From Phyllobates terribilis (taxonomy: Eukaryota), in assembly GCF_046119375.1 (NCBI RefSeq), contig NW_027362896.1, positions 248,001-312,000 of the forward strand: a DNA stretch of 64,000 nucleotides, written 5' to 3'. This document shows positions 23,037 to 33,682 of the stretch, piece after piece (the stretch's first letter is position 1; the number at the start of each line of letters is the position of its first letter). A program made the translations under genes and the position numbers. The notes beneath the pieces are model-generated. The model ran no database searches and was not told the origin of the DNA. It saw nothing but the letters and a program-made list of their open reading frames with translations.

Positions 23037-26000
23037 TAACCACCTTGGATTTAACTAAGAAATATTGGCAAATCCCCATGTCACAAGAAGCCAAGAAGAA
23101 GACTGCCTTCTCTATGCCCGACGGATGTTTCCAATATGTCCCGATGCTGTTTGGTCTGCAGGGAGCCCTGGCCACCTTCCAGAGTGCCATGGACTGGATC
23201 CTCGCAATCCGTAAGAATTACACTGCATCATACTTTATATATCGTAATCTTCAGCCCAGATTGGAGATGTCACCTGCAAAAGGTCCAGGCGGCGTTTGAT
23301 CCTCTCAGGAAGGCAGGGTTTTCTATAAATCTGAAAACATTTTGCCATGGGAAATAAAGAGGCCAAATAACTAGGATATGTAGTAGGTAGAGGCGAGATC
23401 AAACCCCAGATCAGTAAAGTAGATGCAATCCAAAACTGGCCAAGACCACTCTTAAAGAAGCAAGTTAGAGCCTTTCTGAAAATGAAAATAACGGACAGTG
23501 AGTCATGTAATGTGTGGTCTCTAAGTAAAGGTAATGTGACGGGAGCTAGTTACCCCATCCGCAGATGTCCAATCTTCTTCTGCCGGCCCCTGACATGGAA
23601 AGGCTTTTCTTACACTGGGATATATAAAATATGACTATCGCACTGTGTCTCCAAGATGAACTAAAACTTTTATTCTTACAAGCAGGTTTTATAGAGAATC
23701 ACACAGGCTATTTTTTAGCACCCATTGTTCTCACCAGATAATACCCACAGTAGGCTCCCAGACAGCAGTTATGCAACAACCCATTAATCAGCACATTGTC
23801 TGTTGGCCCCTGCTAAGTGAGCACAGGAAGGTGGGGGTCAGGAGTGCTTCGGTCACATCACAGCATGTCCAACAATATGCGATCCACAATATTCACCCCA
23901 CTTTGTAACATTATGTCCCATTAGCTGCATAGGCGCTACGACAACCCCCATGTGGCAAAATCTTGGAGTACGGGGTTGATCCGTCACAATCCTCCCCCTT
24001 CTCGGACATGATCGGCCTACCCAGTCTGCTCCCCGACGGATCAGCTGGAGGAGGTCCACGATTTATGAGGTTGGTAGCAGGTCAGTTTGTCGGCTTAGTC
24101 CATCGGCGTTACCATTTTGCTTGCCGGGTCTATAGTGGATGGTGAAGTCTAACGGTTGTAGCGCCAAACTCCACCGTAGTAGTCTGGCATTGTCCCCGGA
24201 GACCCGATTAAGCCATACCAGGGGGTTATGATCCGTTATGAGGGAATACTATCTTCCATACAAATATATTTACAAATACTACTGCCAGGCATTCCTTTTC
24301 GATGGCCACATAGCTGACTTCTCGAGGCAGTAATTTCCGACTCAGATAAGCTATTGGGTGTTCTTGGCCGTCCGGCCCAACTTGGCTCAGTACTGCCCCT
24401 AACCCAAACATAGATGCGTCCGTGTGAACAAGGAAACATTTAGTTGGATCGGGTGCGGCCAATATCGGGGTATTTGTGAGAGCGTCCTTTAGCTGGCGGA
24501 AGGCTTCCTCACACTCGGGGGTCCAAGTTAACTGGCGGGGGAGGTTCTTACGTGTCAGATCAGTGAGGGGCTTGGCAATGCTGCTGTAATTAGGGACAAA
24601 TTTCCTATAATACCCTGCTGTCCCTAGAAAGGCCATGACTTGGGTTTTAGCATGTGGGGTGGGCCACTTGGCTATGGCCTCAATCTTGGCGGGTTCCGGT
24701 CGTTGTTTTCCACCCCCCACCCAATGTCCTAAATACTGCACCTCTGCTTTGCCTACGTGACACTTGTTGGGATTCAGGGTGAGTCCGGCTTTGTGGATCC
24801 TATCCAATACTGTCTCTAGATGATTTAGATGCTCATCCCATGTCGCGCTGTAGACGGCGATGTCATTCAGGTAGGCACAAGCATAGTCCTGGAGACCATC
24901 CAGAAGCCGGTCAGCCAGCCTCTGGAAGGTCGCGGGGGCATTCTTCATCCCAAATGGCATAACCCAAAACTGGAATAAGCCAAACGGGGTGACAAATGCA
25001 GACTTGGGAATAGCATCAGGACTTAGGGGAATCTGCCAATAGCCTTTGCATAGATCGATGGTGGTCAAATACTTTGTCCCAGCCAGCCGGTCTAACAACT
25101 CGTCCACACGCGGCATGGGATACGCATCTGTCACAGTTTTCTCATTTAGCTTGCGATAGTCTACCCAAAACCGGGTAGTCCCATCTTTCTTAGGCACTAA
25201 CACTACAGGGGACACCCAGGGACTATCTGACTCCTCAATGACCCCTAAACGCAACATCTCCTGTATCTCTTGTCGCATCCCTTCTCGTACAGACTCCGGG
25301 ACGCGGAAGGGGGGTTGTCTCAGGGGGGTCTGATCTTGTGTCTCAACCTTGTGTTGTGCAAGTCGGGTGAACCCCGGTCTCTCTGAGAACATCCTCTGAC
25401 GCTGCCTCAGCAATGTCTCGGCCTGCTCTCTCTCCCGGGTCCCTAGGTTTTCTCCTAAGTGTACCTGGTCCCAGGTTTTCGACTGAGTCCTCTCACCTAA
25501 GACATCAGGTAAGGGGAGTTCGGCTAAATCCTCTGCTTCGGGTGCGCAGATGGAAGCTACCTCTTCAGGGCGCTCCCGGTAGGGCTTCAGCATATTCACG
25601 TGGAACATGCGGATAACCCTGGGGTCGTCACAATCGGCGACATTGAAGGTGGTGTCGGCTATTTTCCCCACTACCCGGTAAGGCCCCTGCCATGCGGCCT
25701 GGAATTTGTTCTGCCTAACTGGTTCTAGTACCAGGACCTTCTGTCCTATCTCGAAGGTGCGTTCTCTAGTCCTCTGATCGTACCATACGCGCTGGAGCCG
25801 TTGGGCCGCCTGCATGTTCACGCACACAGCCTGAGTCAACTCCTGCAGGCGGTCCCGGAGTTCCAGCACGAAGGGCACGATAGGGGTTCCTGCTATGGTT
25901 TCCTCCCCTTCCCAGAGTTCTCGTACTAAGTCTAGGGGCCCCCTCACCCGCCTCCCATATAACAGTTCAAATGGGGAGAACCCCGTAGATTCTTGGGGCA

Positions 26001-26697
26001 CCTCCCGATAGGCGAACAGGAGGTGCGGCAAGAATTTCTCCCAGTCCCTGTAGGTCCGGGTGAACGTCCCAATGAGTTGTTTTAACATTCCGTTAAAGCG
26101 CTCACACAACCCATTGGTTTGCGGGTGGTATGGGGCGCTTCTAATGGACTTTACACCACACAGTCTCCACAGTTGGCTGGTCACCTCTGCCGTAAATTGG
26201 GTGCCCTGGTCCGAGATAATCTCCCGGGGAAATCTAACCCGTGAGAAAACCTGGAGCAGAGCAGCCCCCACCGTCTCTGCCAGTATGTTAGGTAAGGCAA
26301 CCGCCTCTGGATACCGCGTGGTGTAATCTATCACTGTCAATATATACCTTTTCCCTGATGGACTGGGTTTGGCTAACGGCCCTATCAGATCGACCGCTAC
26401 TCGGCTAAATGGCTCCTCCACAATGGGAAGGGGGTGTAATTTGGCCTTGCAGCGATCTCCCCTCTTGCCAATGCGCTGGCAACTGTCACAGGTCTGGCAG
26501 TACTGACGAACATCATGGAATAACCCTGGCCAAAAGAAGTTTTGTGTCAGATGATGCCTGGTGGGGCTGACTCCGAGGTGCCCCGCCAAGGGTATGTCAT
26601 GAGAGATTCGCAGCAACTCCTGCCTATACTTTTTGGGAACTACCAGCTGTCGTTTTACAGTGGGGCTCGTCCCTGAGTGAGTTTGCCCGGTAACCCT

Positions 26698-27138
26698 AGC
26701 AAAAAAGAAGCAAGACAAAAATATATCTCATACCCTACCATAATTATATATAAATGTAAAGCAAAGTTGCATAATAAATATAGGGTACTTAGTGAACTAT
26801 TTTTGATCAAAAAAAGTATACAAGCCGTCCCACCAGCGGCAAGGTGACCCTAAATTGGGACGGTACCTATACTGCCTATATTAAAAACCTTACTGTATAT
26901 CAAAGTTGAAGTAATGCATATAAAAGGGTAGACAAATAGGACCGGGTCCCAACTTTTTTTGATCAAAAATAGTTCACTAAGTACCCTATATTTATTATGC
27001 AACTTTGCTTTACATTTATATATAATTATGGTAGGGTATGAGATATATTTTTGTCTTGCTTCTTTTTTGCTAGTGTGAACATGCCTCTGTTTCTTGTATG
27101 TCTGCCATCTTAGACCTCAGTTCACATTGTCTGGTTTT
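26698..27138. mobile_element. 441-bp fold-back insertion with 16-bp TSD, tentatively Penelope-like terminal sequence
   Basis: Absent from copy B. TSD TTTGCCCGGTAACCCT at 26682-26697 and 27139-27154. Perfect 122-bp inverted arms at 26696-26817 and 26952-27073, 134-bp spacer and 65-bp one-sided tail. The family assignment comes from architecture and recall only. Confidence 0.6.
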
Positions 27139-28617
27139 TTTGCCCGGTAACCCTGTAGAGGAGTCCCTGATGCCATATAAACTGTTCACCTTCCAGTACC
27201 CCTCTTCCCTCCTGTGCCTTCCCGCGATACCCCTGCAATGAGGGATCCTCTAGTACCTCCTTCCTAAATTCTGCTGGGGTGTCCCATGAAATGTGTCTGG
27301 CTATGGGAATACGAGAAGAGCTGTAGTGTCTTACCTGGGCCTCCTCCGAGTGTGATTCCGCCTCCGCAGCTCGAGCTTGTCTCCGGGTAGTGACAGGATA
27401 TGTTTCAGCCATAGCCACCGATGCCGGGTCGGCTTCGTCTTGGTAGCAGTGTACAGCGGCCCGGTTGAAGGTAGTCGTTTCCGGTTTTGGCCACTGGGTG
27501 CGCTGGGTCCGGTTGGGACAGTGTCTCTGCAGGTGACCCAGTTGATGGCAGGTGTGGCATCGCACCCCAGGAGGACTCTGGTAGGCCGGGGTATTGGTGG
27601 GTCCCCCGCCAAGCTTCTGTGGTTTAGGGGCCTCCAGACCCATGGGAGGGCCCCTTGAGACAGTTTTGGACCCTGACAATTGGGCCCTCCTGGCATCATA
27701 ATGTTCATCGGTCAGTCCCGAAGCCATTCTTGCGTCTCGGGAGTTAACCCAGTAAAAGAATCGTTCTAACATGATGAGCTGTAGGACGTCCTCCTTCGTG
27801 TCTGCTTTGCTACCTTGTACCCACTGTAAGCGTGACTGCCATAGTTTACAGGCCCATTCAGCGTGGGTATCCGTTTCCCGTTTTGTGGTTTTGCGGAACT
27901 TTTGACGGTATGCCTCTGGTGTTAGAGCATACCGGGCCAAGATCACTTCTTTGACTCGCTTATAGTCCATACAGTCCTGATCCGATACAGTGCGATAGGC
28001 ATCCGCTGCCCGGCCTGTCAGCTTGTTGGCCAGAATCTGGACCCAATCCTCCGGCTCCACTTTATGAAGTGTACACTGCCGCTCAAAGTCCTGCAGAAAG
28101 CCATCAATGTCTTCCTCTGCCTCCCCCAACTGTCGGAAGGCATTGTATTGGATCATTTTGTGGCTTACCCCTGCTGGTACCGGGGAGGAAGCCAGGGCTT
28201 CCCCAGCTCGCTGTATCTCCTGTCTCCGCTCCGCCATCTCCATCTTGGCTAGCTCTATCTTGGTCCGCTCTGCCATCTCCATCCTGGCTAGCTCCATCCG
28301 CTCTGTCCTCTCCATCTCCATCTTTTTATCCAGATCAGTACGCACATCAGCCATCACCTTATCTATGATCTGTACTGCCGGGTTGGGAGCATAAAGTGCC
28401 AGTCTGCTCTTTACCTCCCTCTGGAATTCAGTCTCTTCCACGTTCCCGTTGGAGGTTGTTGCATTGTCGAGCTCCATAATGGCTGCTATCAAATCCGCTT
28501 TTGTTTTGTTGCTGGCGGTTAACCCTCGAGCTTCCACAAGGTTCTTCAAAGTATTCCTCTTTAGCTTCCGGTAGATATCTTCCATTCAGTCCTTGGTTCC
28601 TGAAGAAGATGGACCGC

Positions 28618-28635
28618 ATCCCACCGCTGCCACCA
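28618..28635 (-). promoter_or_regulatory. Primer-binding site complementary to the tRNA-Leu 3' end
   Basis: TGGTGGCAGCGGTGGGAT lies 1 nt inside the 5' LTR and is the reverse complement of the vertebrate tRNA-Leu(AAG) 3' end ATCCCACCGCTGCCA+CCA. Confidence 0.9.
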
Positions 28636-29398
28636 GTGTGACGGGAGCTAGTTACCCCATCCGCAGATGTCCAATCTTCTTCTGCCGGCCCCGGACATGG
28701 AAAGGCTTTTCTTACACTGGGATATATAAAATATGACTATCGCACTGTGTCTCCAAGATGAACTAAAACTTTTATTCTTACAAGCAGGTTTTATAGAGAA
28801 TCACACAGGCTATATTTAGCACCCATTGTTCTCACCAGATAATACCCACAGTAGGCTCCCAGACAGCAGTTAGGCAACAACCCATTAATCAGCACATTGT
28901 CTGTTTGCCACTGCTAAGTGAGCACAGGAAGGTGGGGGCCAGGAGTGCTTTGGTCACATCACAAAATGTCCAACAATATGTGATCCACAATATTCACCCC
29001 ACTTTGTAACATTATGTCCCATTAGCTGCATAGGCGCTACGACAACCCCCATGTGGCAAAATCTTGGAGTACGGGGTTGATCCGTCACAGGTAAATTTGC
29101 AATAAAAAAGATGGCATCACTTGCTAACTTCTGCGATCAACCAGTGAGGAGTTATCGCAGAAAATTAGAGATTTAATAAAACCAAGAAGGGCGGAGACCA
29201 GCCCACGTGAGGTCATCACAGGGGAGTGTGTGGGCAGTGCCCCTGTCGGCATAAAAGATCAGGCCGAATATTGATCTATACTCATGCCGGGTTATACATA
29301 TTTGTGTAAGCGGGGGTCCTGTTCCATAACGGTTCGTTTGACTGCTTCCCTCCAGCTAAACTGAATCGTCTCTGCGATCGGCCTAGTAAGTCCTTATA

Positions 29399-30438
29399 TT
29401 AATCCCTTTTTATTTTGTGTAACTGTATATGCTGTATTAAACATGAACCCTGCGTGAAACATTTCCCACATTCTGGACATGAATATAGCTTTTCTCCAGT
29501 GTGAATTCTTTGATGTTTTTGAAGATCTGGTTTCCGGATAAAACATTTCCCACATTCTGAACATGAATATGGCTTCTCTCCTGTGTGAATTCTGTAATGT
29601 TTATGAAGATCTGGTTTCTGGATAAAACATTTCCCACATTCTGAACATGAATATGGCTTTTCTCCAGTGTGAATTCTTTGATGTTTTTGAAGATCTGGTT
29701 TCCGGATAAAACATTTCCCACATTCTGAACATGAATATGGCTTCTCTCCTGTGTGAATTCTTTGATGTTTATGAAGATCTGATTTCTGGATAAAACATTT
29801 CCCACATTCTGAACATGAATATGGCTTCTCTCCTGTATGACTTCTGTAATGTTTAAGCAAATTTGACTTATTGCTGAAACATTTCGCACATTCTGAACAT
29901 GAAAATGGCTTTTCTCCTGTGTGACTTCTTTGATGCATAAGCAATTTAGATTTATGTTCAAAACATTTCCCACATTCTGGACATGAATATGCCTTCTCTC
30001 CTGTGTGAATTCTTTGATGTTTATGAAGATCTGATTTCTGGATAAAACATTTCCCACATTCTGAACATGAATATGCCTTCTCTCCTGTGTGAAATTTTTC
30101 ATGTTTATGAAGATCTGGTTTCTGGATAAAACATTTCCCACATTCTGAACATGAATATGGCTTCTCTCCTGTGTGAAATCTTTGATGTTTAAGCAATTTA
30201 TATTTAGTTTTAAAACATTTCCCACATTCTGAACAGGAAAATGGTTTCTTCCCTGTGGGAATTATTTGATGTTCGACATCCCTTCTCTGGCTTTCATTTT
30301 GCTTAACAGTCTGTGATGAATCCAAGTAGATGACGGATTGAAAAGGCTCAGATGATTGATTTTTGCTCTGAAGGGCTGGAGGTATAGCTGGAATAATGGC
30401 ACGCTTTTCATGGGTATCTGGTTTGACACCACAGTCAT
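29399..30438 (-). CDS. KRAB-ZNF gene 2, last exon: 10 C2H2 fingers
   Basis: Acceptor TATTCTTGGCAG ends at 30439, phase 1, TAA at 29399-29401. The joined CDS is 1611 nt, or 536 aa plus stop. Confidence 0.93.
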
Positions 30439-30858
30439 CTGCCAAGAATAAATCTGATTTTATTATTTTTTTATATCAATTCCTTATATTTTATAACATT
30501 TCTCTATACATACATACAGGCAGAAACGTTTCAGGCAATAAAAGGAGGATTAAAAATAAGCTTTATTACATTACAATCTACAGCAACAGATAAAAATACA
30601 CGCCATAAAAACATGTAAGATGGGGTATTCACATCTCCGAGAAACTATACCAATATGTAGGAGGTGTAATAAAAATAAGATTAGCAAATATCTCCAATTA
30701 GAAATGTAGTATAGTTCTTCTGATTCGCTATGTCACTTACCCCATGTTCAGGGCATTGCAAGTTAGTTGCTAGTGGTCATAACTATGGATACCTAAGCTA
30801 CTGCAATGCTCTGCACATGGGGTAAGTGACAAAGAATCAGGAGAACTATACCACATTT

Positions 30859-31361
30859 CTAATTGGAGTCTGAATAAACCTCGACCTCACACATCGACAG
30901 GTACTCCGAGGGTCATGGGATCACCATGCTGACGTAGCGACCCTCCATCCCCTTACAGCAGAAGGACAAGGTGGCAGAGACCACATTCGTGACTGTGCCG
31001 CGTACTGGAATGTTATTGTCGGGGGAGTTCCCGATTCGGACCTCGGCCCCCATCAGTCGCTCAGGGCAACAGTCCATCCTGTTGGTTATGGCGACGCTGG
31101 ATGTCTTGTAGCTCTTGCCCAGGTCCAGCTTCCACCAGGGATCCTTCTCCAGGTTGGTGTGGGTGCAGAAGTCACTATTGAAGTCGGTGTCTTTGTTCCC
31201 ATCAATGGCGTTCTTAGCCAATATGCTCCTGGTGGCATACGGATAGTCCGACACCTGGGAGGTCACTCCGGTCCTTGCTATGTTTGTGGTCCATGTGCAG
31301 GAGCAAATCCCAGAGCCAGAACCACAGATCCCAGTAGAATCAGAGAAGATACAAGATTCAT
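30859..31361 (-). pseudogene. F-type lectin (fucolectin) pseudogene, sense to the ZNF host, copy A
   Basis: Signal peptide MNLVSSLILLGSVVLALGFAPA followed by an FTLD with the H-x26-R-x-D-x4-R fucose-binding motif. Lesions: a 1-nt deletion after the signal peptide and TGA at 30913-30915. Confidence 0.9.
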
Positions 31362-31483
31362 CCTGCAGGAGATGTAAGTGAAGGTCCTGTGTAATCTCCA
31401 CATCTGATAAATGCTGGTTCCCTGGTAATCAGTGACTATTCCCTGCAGTCTGTACTCACAGGAGCAGCTCCTGCACAATCTGG

Positions 31484-31943
31484 ATGAATCTTGTATCTTC
31501 TCTGATTCTACTGGGATCTGTGGTTCTGGCTCTGGGATTTGCTCCTGCACCTGGACCACAAACATAGCAAGGACCGGAGTGGCCTCCCAGGTGTCGGACT
31601 ATCCGTATGCCACCAGGAGCATATTGGCTAAGAACGCCATCGATGAGAACAAAGACACCGACTTCAATAGTGACTTCTGCACCCACACCAACCTGGAGAA
31701 GGATCCCTGGTGGAAGCTGGACCTGGGCAAGAGCTACAAGACATCCAGCGTCGCCATAACCAACAGGATGGACTGTTGCCCTGAGCCACTCATGGGGGCC
31801 GAGGTCCGAATTGGCAACTCCCCCGACAATAACATTCCAGTGTGCGGCACAGTCACGAATGTTATCTCTGCCACCTTGTGCTTCTGCTGTAAGGGGATGG
31901 AGGTCGGTACGTCAGCGTGGTGATCCCAGGACACTCGGAGTAC
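31484..31943 (+). pseudogene. F-type lectin inverted duplicate (antisense arm), 3'-truncated, copy A
   Basis: Reverse complement of 30901-31361, with frameshifts, R>P in the fucose motif (CCPEP), and an end at IPGHSEY. Confidence 0.9.
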
Positions 31944-32196
31944 ATTTCTAATTGGAGGTATTTTCTGTTATTATTATCACACCTACTATATTTTGGGATA
32001 GGATTTTGGAGATGGGAATACCCCTTCAAGGCTGTACGCTTAGGACTTATCCAGGACTCATCCAGATGCCTCATTCCATTGTTTTTTTGTGATTACATTG
32101 ATCCCTCTTAAATGGCTTTTTGTATTTTTATGTGTTTTCAACTGCGATCTAATAAATTGTATTTTTAATCTCTATATTGTCTCACATTTCTCTGTA

Positions 32197-32321
32197 CACA
32201 GTCATGGTTGAAATAGTTGGCGCCCTTAAAATTGTTCCAGAAAATGAAGTATTTCTCCTAGGACATTATTGCAATTACACCTGTTTTGTTATAGACACGT
32301 TTATTTCCTTTGTGTGTATTG
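32197..32321 (+). mobile_element. Tc1-like left-end fragment (also 62664-62788)
   Basis: CAGTCATGGTTGAAATAGTTGGCGCCCTTAAAATTGTTCCAGAAAATGAAG resembles Tc1 TIR starts. Confidence 0.55.
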
Positions 32322-32825
32322 TCACTGATCTTTTCTAGTGAAATGTTCAATGGAGAATCAAAACTGGGCTTTGACCAGATTAATACCTGACCCTACTTCT
32401 CAACCCTTTCCTGATCTGCCTACATACTTCTTGTTGACCGCAGAACGGTTTGGCTTCTCACTTGACTGCCCTTCCGGGACATGTACTGCTGCTAGATATT
32501 GACCTTGGCTTCTCCAGCTTAGATGTCCACCTGCCTGACTTCTGTGTGTGACCCGGCTCTATTCTTGACATTCAGCTGTAATCTGGCAACTCACAACTAC
32601 ATTACAATTGGAGACATGGTGCCTTTCTGCAGCAAATAAAGCTCTGAGCATTAAAGATTTGCTGCCAAAACGCGTTAATCAAAAAAAGTGAAAAAAAAGC
32701 TTTTGTTTTATTACGCATCAAATCTATCTGCAAGTAAAATGCACGTCAATTACTTGTGTGATCAAACTCATAATATAATGACCACAGGATCTGTGACTTC
32801 TCTGCATTTAGTGGTCAGTACTCAC

Positions 32826-32916
32826 CTGGGTAGTCATATGTAGGAATCTCCTCTTTACACCGCTCATCACCCCTCACATATGTCTCTGTAGTATTAATAT
32901 GGGGCAGATCTTCACC
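32826..32916 (-). CDS. KRAB-ZNF gene 2 exon 5
   Basis: Paralog of 13323-13413, AG/GT intact, 91 nt. Confidence 0.88.
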
Positions 32917-33114
32917 CTGAAACAAATATTGTAAAAGTCACAGACAGATGGAGAAGTCACATCTATGATCAGCTCTAATCCTGCCATCTCCACCGTTCTC
33001 ATTACACAAGTATAAAACATATAATACTGGTGGATAAAACAAGACTGAGCACAAGACCTTCACAGCCGTCTACACATCATAGGGGAGATCTCATGACACC
33101 TTCTCTCCATCTAC

Positions 33115-33212
33115 CTGATGATCCTGAGGAACATTGGGATCTTCTTGTTTACAGTCCTGTGGAAGAAGAGGACGGGGACATCTCTCTGGTGTTGTCCTCT
33201 TACTGGATAGAT
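33115..33212 (-). CDS. KRAB-ZNF gene 2 exon 4
   Basis: Paralog of 13612-13709, 98 nt. Confidence 0.88.
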
Positions 33213-33295
33213 CTGGAGGAAACACATACAGGGACTGAATTCATTCTTCACATACAGATAATTATAGGTCATGTGTATTTAGTCCTGTCTATTAC

Positions 33296-33419
33296 CTGGT
33301 GATGTGAGGGGCTGGGGAACCTCCATCATGACGTCCTTGTACAGATCTGTGTGTCCTTCTAAATATTCCCACTCCTCCATGGAGAAATAGACGGCGACAT
33401 CCTGACATCTTATAGGAAC
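33296..33419 (-). CDS. KRAB-ZNF gene 2 exon 3, KRAB-A box
   Basis: [37 protein letters not shown] intact. Confidence 0.92.
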
Positions 33420-33502
33420 CTGACACATACAATGATACCGTCATCCCCCCGATCCCTCCATAGCGTTACTGTATAATGTCCCAGCATTCCCAGCAGTGTC
33501 AC

Positions 33503-33682
33503 CTCTCCAGTCAGCAGCTCAATCATCTTGTAGGTGAGTTCTAGGATCTTCTGGTCATTGATGTCCTCATGTATCAGGGGGTGAGGTGGAGGTCCTGTGA
33601 TTGGGCTCAGGGGTCTTCCCCATCCCTCAGACACAGGGTCCTGACAGCGCCCACTAGAGGTCTTCTTCACTACTGTGTAATC
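33503..33682 (-). CDS. KRAB-ZNF gene 2 exon 2 (FAX-like)
   Basis: DYTVVKKTSSGRCQ...KMIELLTGE, 180 nt. Confidence 0.88.

Larger units (their letters stand above)
17616..23480 (+). mobile_element. Decayed Gmr1-like Ty3/Gypsy element A (gag-PR-INT-RT order), interrupted by L2 and a solo LTR
   Basis: Gag MENLVKHL.. with SCAN-like region and CWKYHGPGHIAPHC knuckle; protease-like VTGLLGLESLLTLV; integrase PFERIAMDLV..LTDQG; RT ARYITTLDLTKKYWQIP downstream of the integrase. Many stops and frameshifts; ends are approximate. Confidence 0.85.
23535..29089 (-). mobile_element. Gmr1-like LTR retrotransposon B, copy A (disrupted by a 457-bp insertion; RT YLND)
   Basis: LTRs 23535-23988 and 28637-29089 (TGTGACGG..CCGTCACA), 5-bp TSD GGTAA, 18-nt tRNA-Leu PBS at 28618-28635, PPT at 23989-24000, and ORF pieces 27122-28585 and 24226-26718. 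Confidence 0.95.
30618..32026. mobile_element. Palindromic MITE (GGGGTATTC..GAATACCCC ends, T2/Kolobok-like) split by the lectin cassette, copy A
   Basis: Left arm 30618-30705 mirrors right arm 31942-32026. There is an inner palindrome at 30692-30868. Superfamily assignment is tentative. Confidence 0.75.

Noticed and set aside
26698-27138. Hammerhead ribozyme expected in Penelope-like termini
   Set aside because: No CTGA-N-GA...GAAA core was found by eye on either strand, so the Penelope assignment remains tentative.
29437-30225. 262-aa alternative-frame ORF over the finger exon (also 1072-2346 and 59904-60692)
   Set aside because: This is the standard shadow frame of C2H2 repeats (HVQNVGNV..), with no independent evidence.
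32370-32604. LTR-like fragment in the gene 2 intron
   Set aside because: The composition is suggestive, but there are no TG/CA termini pair, TSD or matching copy beyond the segmental duplicate.
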